DNA of 64,000 bases from positions 8,626 through 72,625 of the forward strand of contig CAYNCK010000075.1 in assembly GCA_964396095.1 (NCBI GenBank), given 5' to 3'. Shown here piece by piece: positions 54,286-63,603 of the stretch. Source of the DNA: an uncultured Methanosarcinales archaeon (GTDB lineage Archaea; Nanobdellota; Nanobdellia; Woesearchaeales; GW2011-AR4). Within the stretch, counting starts at the first letter, position 1; each line of letters begins with the position of its first letter. The translations under genes and the position numbers were made by a program. The notes below the pieces were generated by a model. That model was not told the origin of the DNA. It made no database searches and saw nothing but the letters and a program-made list of their open reading frames with translations.

Positions 54286-56006
54286 GCTTTTAGCTCTTTT
54301 TCCATCTGGATTTTCAGTTCATCAAGCAGTTTTTCATATTCCTTGACAAATTTAACTTCACCAAGCCTGTCTTTGGATTTTGCTGCCAATATTTGCTGCA
54401 ATCTCACGCCGCTGTCCAATGCAGAATTTGCCAGCCTTGAAAAAGTTATTATAAATTTCATGATGCTGTAAGTTTTCTTCAGCTCGCAGAACGTGTCAAT
54501 CTCATGGAATGCATTCTGCTGCAGCAAGACTTCCCTAATCAATCTTGAAACCTGCAAAGTCAGTTGCTGCCTTTCAGGCAATGCATCTGAACCAACAAGC
54601 TGGACAATCTCCAATAGTTTATCCTCTTCCTGCAAGATACTCATCATCTCTGCGACTAAAATGTGCCAGTCAGAAGCAACATTTTTTGAATACCATGATT
54701 CCAGCGTGCTTAAGTACAGCGAATAAGATGTGAGCCAGTTTATTGACGGGAAATGCCTTCTCTGCGCAAGCTTTGCATCAAGCGCCCAGAAAACTTTTGT
54801 GACTCTCAAAGTGCTTTGTGTAACAGGCTCTGAAAAATCTCCCCCAGGAGGTGATACTGCCCCTATGACGCTGACGCTTCCTTCCTTTTTTGTGCCAAGC
54901 GGAATGACTCTTCCGGCCCTTTCATAAAATTGCGCCAATCTTGTTGACAAGTAAGCAGGATATCCCTCTTCTCCCGGCATTTCTTCCAGCCTTGATGAAA
55001 TCTCCCTCATTGCTTCCGCCCATCTTGAAGTCGAGTCTGCCATCAATGCAACAGAATATCCCATGTCCCGATAGTATTCTGCAATTGTAATGCCTGTGTA
55101 AATGCTCGCCTCCCTTGCTGCAACCGGCATGTTGCTGGTGTTTGCAATCAAGACAGTCCTGTTCATCAAAGGCTTGCCACTTCTTGGATCAGTAAGCTGC
55201 GGGAATTCAGTCAAAACTTCGGTCATTTCATTTCCCCGTTCCCCGCATCCGACATAAACAATAATATCAGCATCACTCCACTTTGCAAGCTGCTGCTGCG
55301 AAACGGTTTTTCCTGCACCAAAAGGGCCAGGAATAGCAGCAACTCCTCCTTTTGCCAATGGAAACAATGCATCAAAAACTCGCTGACCGGTGATTAATGG
55401 GGCATCGGGCTTTAACTTTGATGCAACAGGCCGCGGAATTCTTACAGGCCAATTATGCTTTAACCTTAATTCAAAGCCATTGTCAAGCTTTCCTATAATA
55501 TCATTAACCGTAAATTTTCCTGATTTTATTTCAACAATCTTTCCTTTTTGATTTGGTGGAACCATAATTTTATGCATTATTCCTGGATTCTCTTCAACTT
55601 CCCCTATTGTTTGTCCTGGTGCAACAACATCACCATTTTTTGCAGCAGCCTTGAAATCCCATTTTTTTTCCTGATCAAGACCCGGTGCATCCACTCCCCT
55701 TTTAATGAAGTCACCCATCTGCTTGATAAGGACAGGCAGCGGCCTTTGTATGCCGTCATAAATACTGCCAAGCATTCCAGGCCCAAGCTCAACTCTCAAC
55801 GGCTCTCCTGTATTTACAACCGGCTCTCCGGGCTTTATTCCAGACGTGTCTTCGTAAACCTGTATGATTACTTTATCACCATCAATCTGAATAACTTCTC
55901 CCATCAATTTTTCATTTCCAATCCTGCAAACATCATACATTCTAGGCTTGATGCCCTTTGCCACTACAACAGGGCCTGCAATCCTGTACAAAACGCCTTT
56001 TTCCAT
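54282..56006 (-). CDS. atpA: A-type ATP synthase catalytic subunit A.
   Basis: Walker A GPFGAGKT, the non-homologous insert region, and 574 aa. Confidence 0.9.
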   Translation of the reverse strand: MEKGVLYRIAGPVVVAKGIKPRMYDVCRIGNEKLMGEVIQIDGDKVIIQVYEDTSGIKPGEPVVNTGEPLRVELGPGMLGSIYDGIQRPLPVLIKQMGDFIKRGVDAPGLDQEKKWDFKAAAKNGDVVAPGQTIGEVEENPGIMHKIMVPPNQKGKIVEIKSGKFTVNDIIGKLDNGFELRLKHNWPVRIPRPVASKLKPDAPLITGQRVFDALFPLAKGGVAAIPGPFGAGKTVSQQQLAKWSDADIIVYVGCGERGNEMTEVLTEFPQLTDPRSGKPLMNRTVLIANTSNMPVAAREASIYTGITIAEYYRDMGYSVALMADSTSRWAEAMREISSRLEEMPGEEGYPAYLSTRLAQFYERAGRVIPLGTKKEGSVSVIGAVSPPGGDFSEPVTQSTLRVTKVFWALDAKLAQRRHFPSINWLTSYSLYLSTLESWYSKNVASDWHILVAEMMSILQEEDKLLEIVQLVGSDALPERQQLTLQVSRLIREVLLQQNAFHEIDTFCELKKTYSIMKFIITFSRLANSALDSGVRLQQILAAKSKDRLGEVKFVKEYEKLLDELKIQMEKELKA

Positions 56007-56033
56007 TTTACCACCTGTAAAAAATTAAAGTTT

Positions 56034-56351
56034 TCATTTCCACAAATCAACTCCAACTGATTTCTTGATCAGTTTTTTCAGGCTGTCCTGCTCGACCTTC
56101 GTTGATACAGGAATAAAGACCGGGTCAACAGATGCCTCTATCTCTGTTCTTTCATGAGGCTCAAGCCCTTCCATTATTTTCTCGTCTACAATAACAATCC
56201 CGATTTCCTTTCTGCTTTTTAGCGCCTTAAGCTCATTGAAAGGCTTTTGGCTTAGCTCAACTGAGTCCCTTATTCCTGCGAGCTGAAAGCCAACGACAAA
56301 TTCGCTTTGCCCGGCAACTGCAATTTTTACCATTTTTGTTTTTATTCTCAC
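56034..56351 (-). CDS. atpF: A-type ATP synthase subunit F.
   Basis: MVKIAVAGQSEFVVGFQLAGI... is typical of subunit F. The start is probably the Met at 56333. Confidence 0.75.
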   Translation of the reverse strand: MRIKTKMVKIAVAGQSEFVVGFQLAGIRDSVELSQKPFNELKALKSRKEIGIVIVDEKIMEGLEPHERTEIEASVDPVFIPVSTKVEQDSLKKLIKKSVGVDLWK

Positions 56352-56363
56352 TCATCGTTCGAA

Positions 56364-56380
56364 TCTCACTTGGAGTGATA
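56364..56380. promoter_or_regulatory. TGM-like palindrome TcTCAC-N5-GTGATA immediately upstream of atpF, inside the 237-nt atpC-atpF gap.
   Basis: aTCTCACttggaGTGATAtt, seen directly. Same half-sites as the element at 45036-45053. Confidence 0.35.
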
Positions 56381-56588
56381 TTAAATTTTTTAATCTTATT
56401 AATTGGATTTTTGTTTTAATGTTGTTCGTTAATGGATTTTATTGAATATTTTTGTTGAAGTTCACCTTTAGTTTATTCTTCTAGTGCTTATTGCGCTGAA
56501 CAGTTGACGCATTCCATAAATTTATTGTGCAATAAAATTTTTAAAAAAATATCTGAAATTCATTTTGATTTGACTTTTTATTTGTATC

Positions 56589-57683
56589 TTAATCATCATA
56601 GACCATCTGGCTTTCTATGAACTCTTCGCTCAGGCCAAGCTGTTTTCCCTTGATGATAATTTTCAGATTCCTGACTTCAATTTCCTTGGCAAACATGTAG
56701 CCAAGTATCGTGTCAATTGACAGAGGGTGCTGATGAAGCGATAAAATTGACTGCCTAAGGAGATGCTTGTAAAGATCAATTTCAAGCTTTATTAATGAGC
56801 CTGTTTTTTTGTACGCCTCAATTCCGTTTGCAATTATATTCTTGTAATATGCCTTTGCAAGCGCATTTGAAAGCTCGTCAATGCCTTCTAAATTTGCCAA
56901 TCCGAGTATTTTTGCATCCTTCGCCTTGTCCCCTGTAAGGATAAGAAATCCCTTTATTGATTCCATGCTGGATTTTGCCTTCTTTAGCCTAAGCAGTGTG
57001 AGCAGGTTCAGCATTTCGACTTCTTTCAGCAGAAAATTTTTGAAAAGGTTTCCCTGCTTCGGAAGCATTCCTGAAAATTTTATGACATGCGAATAATAAT
57101 GCCGGTCGAGCGTATTTTCTATTGCAGCCAGATTTTTCTTTTCGCTGAAATCCTTCAATGCGTCCTTGAAAAAAACAAAGTTTACAAGCTGGTTGTTTCT
57201 CAGGATATCCTCAACAGATTCCTTTTTAATTAGTGAAATCAAAAAATCATAATTCAAAGTGCCTGCCCCTGTAATTGAATTCTGTATTATTTTTTCATCT
57301 GCATTTGTGAATTTTCCCCTTATTATTGTCTTCAAATCCTCAATGTCCTTTCTTTTTGCGTACTCTTTTATCAGCAAGCCAAGCTCATAAGATGAAATTC
57401 TTATCAGCTTCTTGAAGGATTCTGCGAGATTCCTATTCAGGGCCAGTTCAATCAGGTCAGCTCCTAAATGTTCTGCTGCCAATGAGCTGATTTCTTTCTT
57501 GTAGCTTGATTCCTGCAGAATCTTTGCAATCTCGCTGAATGACATCTTCAGCATCTTTTGGTAGCTTTCCTTTTTAAAAAGAAGCGCCCGCATCACAACA
57601 GTCCTTACATAGGTATAAGGATAATAGCCTAGCTTCACTTTTTCAATTTCCTCTGCATGCTTTAGTTTCAGCATTTTACCCAA
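56589..57683 (-). CDS. atpC: A-type ATP synthase subunit C (d-subunit homologue).
   Basis: 364-aa all-alpha protein at the conserved position between E and F in the ahaHIKECFABD gene order. Confidence 0.7.
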   Translation of the reverse strand: MGKMLKLKHAEEIEKVKLGYYPYTYVRTVVMRALLFKKESYQKMLKMSFSEIAKILQESSYKKEISSLAAEHLGADLIELALNRNLAESFKKLIRISSYELGLLIKEYAKRKDIEDLKTIIRGKFTNADEKIIQNSITGAGTLNYDFLISLIKKESVEDILRNNQLVNFVFFKDALKDFSEKKNLAAIENTLDRHYYSHVIKFSGMLPKQGNLFKNFLLKEVEMLNLLTLLRLKKAKSSMESIKGFLILTGDKAKDAKILGLANLEGIDELSNALAKAYYKNIIANGIEAYKKTGSLIKLEIDLYKHLLRQSILSLHQHPLSIDTILGYMFAKEIEVRNLKIIIKGKQLGLSEEFIESQMVYDD

Positions 57684-58221
57684 ATAATATCTTGCTAATA
57701 TTCTGCAATTCCGTTTCTTTTACGCTTTGCAGGATTGTATCGAAGCTGTAATTTACTCTTATTGTTTTTTCCTTGTTCTCTGCAATTATTCCGCCGGCAA
57801 TATTTGCCGGTTCAACATTCACTCCCTTCAGGAATTTTGCGTCATTCTTGCTGCAGTAAACAAAAGCCACATCAAGGTCTTTTTTTGCTTTTTCAAAAAG
57901 CTTTTTGATAAATCCTTCTCTTTTTCTGTCGTCAAGGCCTTGAAGGCTTCTGGCAGCTTCTTCAAAGACAGAATCTATGATTTGCTTTTTTGTGTCAAGA
58001 AGCATTTTCTTGGCTTCAAGCTCTGCAGATGCAATTTCTTTCCGCTTTATTGCATCGCAGCTTTTTTTCAGTTCTGCCTCGCTTTTGCTTTTCAGCTCCT
58101 CTATTTTTTTCTCAGCATCCTTCATCAGCCTGCTGGCTTCCTTTCTGCCGTCTGCAATAATGGAGTTAGACTGCTCCTTTGCACTATTCAATACCTCTTC
58201 CTTTACAGCTTCAAGTCCCAT
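57676..58221 (-). CDS. atpE: A-type ATP synthase subunit E.
   Basis: MGLEAVKEEVLNSAKEQSNSIIADGRKEASRLMKDAEKKIEELKSK... matches the peripheral stalk E subunit pattern. Confidence 0.75.
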   Translation of the reverse strand: MGLEAVKEEVLNSAKEQSNSIIADGRKEASRLMKDAEKKIEELKSKSEAELKKSCDAIKRKEIASAELEAKKMLLDTKKQIIDSVFEEAARSLQGLDDRKREGFIKKLFEKAKKDLDVAFVYCSKNDAKFLKGVNVEPANIAGGIIAENKEKTIRVNYSFDTILQSVKETELQNISKILFG

Positions 58222-58233
58222 TTTTGATTGATG

Positions 58234-58464
58234 TTACTTTGCAAGGTTCAAAATCAGTATGGCTACAACCAGCCCAAAGATGACTATGGTTTCCGGAATA
58301 ACTGTAAGGATTAATCCCTTGCCGAACAACTCTTCCTTCTCAGCCATCGCCCCTACCGCAGCAACCCCGATTTCCTTTTCGGCCAATGCTGCTGCTATTG
58401 CGCTCAATCCTATTGCAATGCCTGACGCCAATGCAACCAATCCCGTTGAAATGTCTACTGCCAT
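58234..58464 (-). CDS. atpK: A-type ATP synthase subunit K (c/proteolipid, single hairpin).
   Basis: 76 aa, two TM helices, with the ion-binding Glu in helix 2 (ILTVIPETIVIFGLVVAIL). Confidence 0.8.
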   Translation of the reverse strand: MAVDISTGLVALASGIAIGLSAIAAALAEKEIGVAAVGAMAEKEELFGKGLILTVIPETIVIFGLVVAILILNLAK

Positions 58465-58640
58465 TTTTTACCTCCGAATATTTTTAACATGAGGGGGTCT
58501 GACATGTTTAATGTCAATTCCCCCGAATGTTTTAATTCAATTTTTATTTTTTATTATTGACTTAATTATTATGATTTTTATTTTAGCTATTTTATTTGTT
58601 TTTTGTTTTAGTTTTTTAATGATTGCCTTGTATTGAAATT

Positions 58641-60497
58641 TTACCCCCCCATTCCAAAGGGATTGTACTTTTCAGCGCCTCCATGGAAAAATTTTGAAAA
58701 AAACTCAACATAATGCAGCCTTAATGAATGCAAAAAGCTTCCAAGAAGGCCGAGCATTAAATTTATTGCATGCCCTACGACCAAAACCAAGACTCCTGCA
58801 AAAATAAATAAGCCGCCTTTATGGAAAAATTGTCCTGATTCATCGTTGATTATTGCAGCCAAAATGACTGAAGACAATCCTATTGCCATAAGCCTTGCGT
58901 ATGAAAGGGCATTTGTTATTATGCTAAGGGACTCTATCGGGCCTTTAACTCCTTCACCTATAAATAACATGATAAGCGAAAGGAAGATTATTGCGGCTCC
59001 AACCACCCAGGATATGATTATTTTCTTAAAAATTGACAAGGCAATAAAAACAATGCCAGTCTCCAATACAAACCAGCTGACTTTACCGAAAAATGCATGC
59101 CTGAATCCATGCGCTCTCAATTCGTTAATAAAACCTATTATTAATCCCCCATTCAGATGAACAACCCCTATTCCAATTGCTAGGTACATCAATGTGAACA
59201 TTTCCTTTTCTCTGCTTATCAGGTGCCACAATTCTATATTACCTATTTTCTCTAAGCCGAAAAATTCTCCAAACAAAATCCCAAACAAGACTGAAACAAG
59301 GGAAGCCAGAATTAATATATTCATAAGGTTTCTTGCTTTAGGCATTTTCATTTTCAAAATCCAGAAAATCAGAAAGCTCACCAGCCCGTAGCCAATGTCC
59401 CCTAACATCATTCCAAACAAAATCGGGAAAGTCAAAAATATGAAAAAAGTAGGATCAATCTCCTTGTAAGTAGGCATACTGTATAAGTCCAGAAAAAATT
59501 CAAATGGCTTCGAATACCTGTTATTTTTGAGCTTGACAGGAACCTTGTCGCTTTTCTTGGCAGGCTCGAACTGCACGAATATCCTGTTTTTTGAAACCTT
59601 GTTCAGCCTGTCAATAGATTTATTTAATCCGTCGCTCGGCACCCATCCTTTGACAAGAAAGCTTGATTTTGTTGATGCAAACTTCAATGGCGCCTCTGCC
59701 TTTTCGAGCTGATCCTTAAGGAAATCTTCAGATGCAAGAAGGAAAGAGCTGTAATTATTTCTTAGGTTTCCAAGTTTTATTCCTATTTCATCTTTTTTCA
59801 TGATGAATCTTACTGTATCTTCATCAAGCTTTCTGATATTGTTAGAAGCAAGTCCTTTCAAGCCGCTTAAGTTTAGGAAATTCACAGGATTGAATCCTAT
59901 TTTCTGCATGATAGAAATTGCGCTGTCTTTGTTTTTTGTGTCAATGAATAAAATTATTAAATTTCCCTTGCTTGTCGGGTTTTGCAGGAGCATGAACTTT
60001 GCAGTTGTTTCCTCAAGCTCCCCCTTCAGCAATTCATGGCCATTTTTTCCCTTGAGGTAGCCTGCAAAATATGCAAGCGATTTATATGAGGAAAGCGCCT
60101 CAAGCGCAATGTTGATGCCTTTCAATATATCAAGTTCCTGCCTTATCAATTCATTTCTTGAAAGCGTTTCGTCAATTTTTTTGATTTCATCAAGATTTAC
60201 ATTCAGCTCGTCGCTCAGTTTTTTTGCAGTTGACTGTATCTCGAGCATTCCTTTTTTCAGCTCAAAATCATAATCTTCTTTTTTAACTCCAAGCAAAGAA
60301 ATCAGTGAACGGACTTTTACAAGTATTTCTGATAGCTTGGCAGCGCTTTCCAAGGGGTTTCCTATGTCGGCAAGCTCACTTTTTGTATGATCCACAATGT
60401 GAAGAATTTTCAGGCTGTGCAATTCCTTGATTATGTCTTCTTGGATGCTTTTGGGGCCGGTTATCACAACTCTGCTCATGCTGGAAGGGGTAAGCAT
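58641..60497 (-). CDS. atpI: A-type ATP synthase subunit I (a-subunit homologue).
   Basis: 618 aa: a hydrophilic coiled N-terminal half plus a C-terminal membrane domain with ~7-8 helices containing the conserved Arg (LSYARLMAIGLSS). Confidence 0.85.
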   Translation of the reverse strand: MLTPSSMSRVVITGPKSIQEDIIKELHSLKILHIVDHTKSELADIGNPLESAAKLSEILVKVRSLISLLGVKKEDYDFELKKGMLEIQSTAKKLSDELNVNLDEIKKIDETLSRNELIRQELDILKGINIALEALSSYKSLAYFAGYLKGKNGHELLKGELEETTAKFMLLQNPTSKGNLIILFIDTKNKDSAISIMQKIGFNPVNFLNLSGLKGLASNNIRKLDEDTVRFIMKKDEIGIKLGNLRNNYSSFLLASEDFLKDQLEKAEAPLKFASTKSSFLVKGWVPSDGLNKSIDRLNKVSKNRIFVQFEPAKKSDKVPVKLKNNRYSKPFEFFLDLYSMPTYKEIDPTFFIFLTFPILFGMMLGDIGYGLVSFLIFWILKMKMPKARNLMNILILASLVSVLFGILFGEFFGLEKIGNIELWHLISREKEMFTLMYLAIGIGVVHLNGGLIIGFINELRAHGFRHAFFGKVSWFVLETGIVFIALSIFKKIIISWVVGAAIIFLSLIMLFIGEGVKGPIESLSIITNALSYARLMAIGLSSVILAAIINDESGQFFHKGGLFIFAGVLVLVVGHAINLMLGLLGSFLHSLRLHYVEFFSKFFHGGAEKYNPFGMGG

Positions 60498-60836
60498 CTA
60501 AACCATCTCCTCAAATTTTTTCATGGCAAAATCAACAGCCTTTGCAGCATTTTTGTCTGCATTTGACTTCAGCTGTTTTATTGTATTCCTTGACTCAGAT
60601 ATTTTTTCCTCTTTTATCAGCTTTGACTTGTCCCTGAATTCCGACAGTTTTTTTTCCTGCTGCTTTATTATTTCATCTTCCTTTGATTCAAGCAGTTTTG
60701 AGGAATTAAGCGATGCTTCTTGGATTATTGAGTCCTTTTCTCCCTTAGCTCTTTCTATTATATCATCTGCCTTTTTCTCAGCATCCCTGATTTCCATAAG
60801 AACTTCCGTATCCATATGACTTTCCTCTTCTTTCAT
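60498..60836 (-). CDS. atpH: A-type ATP synthase subunit H.
   Basis: 112-aa highly charged coiled-coil protein. It is the first gene of the operon and abuts atpI. Confidence 0.6.
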   Translation of the reverse strand: MKEEESHMDTEVLMEIRDAEKKADDIIERAKGEKDSIIQEASLNSSKLLESKEDEIIKQQEKKLSEFRDKSKLIKEEKISESRNTIKQLKSNADKNAAKAVDFAMKKFEEMV

Positions 60837-61113
60837 TTCACCATTTCCCCCATAAACAGGCAGGGCATTTCCTTAATAATATATGCCTATTTATTATATG
60901 GAAAACATTTGTATGTACTTTATTGGATATATTTATAATATTTGTTATATGGTATTTCCATGGGTTTAGTTTATCACCAAGACACTGGCAATTAACTTGA
61001 TGTCCGAGCATTTTATTGTTTATGCTAAATTTTTTATTGTGTTTGTTATCGGTCTTATAGTCGGCAGGGTTACAATGGCGGTGCAATATGAGCTTATGAA
61101 GCCAAAATAATAA

Positions 61114-61986
61114 TTATTTTTCTATTTCCCGTGTTATTGCCCAATCCGTTATAACTTCTGCAATAGTTGTCAGGGAAAGCCTTATCCTTTCCTTGTCATA
61201 GCTCTTTATGTCCTTGACTTCAAGGCTTTTTATTTTTGCAGTTTTTTTTATGAACTGAAGCGCTGTCTTGTGGTTCAATGAGATTGTGTTTTCTATAATA
61301 TTCTGGAGCTGTTCTATAACATCATAAACCAGGCTCAAAAAATCTGATTCCCTGCTGCTCACGCAGATGAGATGGTCAACCATTCTTTCAAGATCCTTGG
61401 ATATTAATGAGATATAGTAAAGGTCGATAGTTTTCAGCCTTGTGTTTCTCTCAAAAGCGAGTGAGCTTATAACTGACTTGTCAATAAGCATCTTGCTCCT
61501 GTCTATCTCATCCTCGTACCTTTCAATCAGCTCCTTGTCGTAATTATTCTGCATTACAGTTATCATGTTCTTGATCTTTTTTGTCATTGTCTTAAGCAAA
61601 GATTCAGGGTCGCTCACAGAAATTGTGCCGTTGCAGGTTATTTGCTTCTTGTCAATCTCAACAGACTCAAGGCTGATGAGCCTTTTCTGGTTTAGGAGCT
61701 TCGTATAGTCCATCTCCTTCTCAAAGTTTATTTCAAATGAGTTTACCGGGTTTATGTAGCACGCAACAACCAGCTTGTGAATTATTTCCTGATCGTCTTC
61801 AGAAATATTGAACTTCAGGTTTTTCAGCTTCTTTTCAGCCAGTTGCGGGGAGATTATTAATGTCCCGTCGCTGCTCTGCTCTATGCTGACTTTTGCCTTG
61901 GAGCCTATCTTGTGCTCCCTGCACCATGAAGTTGGCAGGTAAAGATAGTGCATGTCGCCTGTTTTTTGGATGTTTCTTATTTCCAT
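61114..61986 (-). CDS. Putative regulator with an N-terminal AbrB/SpoVT-like DNA-binding domain fused to a PhoU-like domain.
   Basis: The N-terminus MEIRNIQKTGDMHYLYLPTSWCREHKIGSKAKVSIE is swapped-hairpin-like. The C-terminal helical region with ISLISKDLERMVDHLICVS resembles PhoU repeats. Confidence 0.45.
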   Translation of the reverse strand: MEIRNIQKTGDMHYLYLPTSWCREHKIGSKAKVSIEQSSDGTLIISPQLAEKKLKNLKFNISEDDQEIIHKLVVACYINPVNSFEINFEKEMDYTKLLNQKRLISLESVEIDKKQITCNGTISVSDPESLLKTMTKKIKNMITVMQNNYDKELIERYEDEIDRSKMLIDKSVISSLAFERNTRLKTIDLYYISLISKDLERMVDHLICVSSRESDFLSLVYDVIEQLQNIIENTISLNHKTALQFIKKTAKIKSLEVKDIKSYDKERIRLSLTTIAEVITDWAITREIEK

Positions 61987-62058
61987 AAGTTAAAAGATAA
62001 AGCAATAATAAATAGTAAGTATTTAGTAGGTATATATAAAGATTGCCATATGAGAAAA

Positions 62059-62154
62059 CGCGCCGGGGAGGATTCGAACCCCCGGCCTAAAGGTTAGGAA
62101 CCTTTCGCTCTATTTGCTCGAAAATAATCTTCCTCCAAGCTGAGCTACCGGCGC
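62059..62154 (-). tRNA. tRNA-Arg(CCU) with a ~22-nt intron in the D-loop (non-canonical position).
   Basis: Acceptor GCGCCGG/CCGGCGC + G. D-stem GCUC...GAGC enclosing a 31-nt loop (AGCUUGG-AGGAAGAUUAUUUUCGAGCAAA-UA). Anticodon arm AAAGG-UUCCUAA-CCUUU. T-arm GGGGG-UUCGAAU-CCUCC. Confidence 0.75.
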
Positions 62155-62229
62155 ATAAACTTATCAGAAATCAATTGCTTTTAAAAATGTTTATTTTTTA
62201 TGTTACACATGTTTTTATCCACTTATTTT

Positions 62230-63087
62230 TTAAGATTTTATTACATCAGAAGTTTTTGTATTTTTCCAAACTAAAACTCTTTCTTGTGAATTCTTTCCAA
62301 ACTCCACCCTTAGTATAACACTGGAATCAGGGCATCCCTTATATCTTAATTCATATCCCAGTATCTTAATTTTTTCCTTTTTTGCCACTTCTGCTAAATC
62401 AGGAGCTAAAACTTCAGCTGCTTCAACCCAGCTTAAAAATTTCTTATCTAAAGAAACTAAATGCCCTAAATCTACATCTGGTGGAAGATTAGCTTCTTCA
62501 ATTGTACCATAATTTGTTATTATCTCCATAGCAGCATTAAGAAGCTCAGATTGTAGAAAGCCATAAATTGACATATTAAATTCTCTTGTGATATACTTGT
62601 TTTGTAGAGATCGCATTCCCATGTGTAAATCCTTTGGAGGTACAGATTCCATGTAAAGATGTTCGTTTCTCATTTTTTCAACTTGATATTGAAATTGCAA
62701 GCATTCAACCACATTGTCCAATGTTGCTGTTACTATCAATGGCACCTGTATTGACAACCCATAAGGTATGCTTCCGGCATGGCTCATCGGAAGAGAAAGT
62801 GTACCACTTCGCATCCCAGCTAAACTTCTGACAACATCAAGTGATAAATTTATTGTTCCAAAATCGGCAGTAGAATCTTGAATGCTTAACCCCCACAAAT
62901 TTTCCTCTTTATTGTTTCCGTGCCATTCTTCATAGTGAGACATAAAAAGAGGCATTGAAAAATCTTTATACTTTGCTATAGGATAATCTTTTATTAATCT
63001 TTTTAATACATCTCCTGCACGCTCTATACAATATCCAAATTCTTGCTCTTTATAGCTTCTATCAACTATAGTAATTTTTGTTGCCAT
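62230..63087 (-). CDS. Hypothetical protein.
   Basis: 285-aa soluble ORF with no recognisable motif. It is separated by 1 nt from the upstream membrane-protein gene, so the two are probably co-transcribed. Confidence 0.35.
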   Translation of the reverse strand: MATKITIVDRSYKEQEFGYCIERAGDVLKRLIKDYPIAKYKDFSMPLFMSHYEEWHGNNKEENLWGLSIQDSTADFGTINLSLDVVRSLAGMRSGTLSLPMSHAGSIPYGLSIQVPLIVTATLDNVVECLQFQYQVEKMRNEHLYMESVPPKDLHMGMRSLQNKYITREFNMSIYGFLQSELLNAAMEIITNYGTIEEANLPPDVDLGHLVSLDKKFLSWVEAAEVLAPDLAEVAKKEKIKILGYELRYKGCPDSSVILRVEFGKNSQERVLVWKNTKTSDVIKS

Positions 63088-63088
63088 T

Positions 63089-63475
63089 TTATGTTTTTAA
63101 TAACCTATATTTTTCCTTAATTTCATTCTTGATATTATTAATATTGTACGACATATCCAAAAAGTCTTTTTTAACTTTAGGAAGTTCAAAAAACATGTCA
63201 AGGTATTGAAAACCCATCCACATTCCAGTTGGTATTGTAACAATAAGACCAATATTATGAGCTATTTCTTTATCGTTAAAAATGTAATAACTTAAACCAA
63301 CAGCACCGGCAATTACCGCTGTACATGCGAGAAATGGTTTTACTAGTTCAGTTGCCACACTTAAGCGTTCATATCTCCTTTCCTTTTTAGCTTTCCTTAA
63401 TTGAATCAACAAATTGTTAAGTCCAACTTCACTCTGGCCATCAGTTAACTTTAATTTGTTTTCTAAGTCTGACAT
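63089..63475 (-). CDS. Hypothetical small membrane protein with 2 TM helices.
   Basis: 128 aa: an N-terminal charged/coiled segment, then two hydrophobic helices (FLACTAVIAGAVGLSYYIF and IGLIVTIPTGMWMGFQYL). Confidence 0.35.
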   Translation of the reverse strand: MSDLENKLKLTDGQSEVGLNNLLIQLRKAKKERRYERLSVATELVKPFLACTAVIAGAVGLSYYIFNDKEIAHNIGLIVTIPTGMWMGFQYLDMFFELPKVKKDFLDMSYNINNIKNEIKEKYRLLKT

Positions 63476-63603
63476 ATTTCCCCCAAAATAATAAAAATTT
63501 ATTATTTAGCAGTAACAAATAATATCAGATATTTTAATATTTCTATCTAATATCTATAATAAATAACAAAATTTATATATAAAATGTAATTAATTATAAA
63601 AAT

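Noticed and set aside
52970-56060. Numerous 60-170-aa ORFs antisense to, or out of frame within, atpA/atpB.
   Set aside because: Examples are 53327-53518, 53540-53856, 53810-54199, 54493-54927 and 55548-56060. All are embedded in strongly supported ATP synthase genes. They are chance ORFs in a low-GC genome.
60838-61086. An 82-aa ORF (MHRHCNPADYK...) in the ahaH upstream region.
   Set aside because: It lies in the AT-rich promoter region with odd composition (His/Asn/Cys-rich, no motif). It is likely a spurious ORF. A tiny plus-strand membrane ORF (61001-61110) in the same region is equally doubtful.
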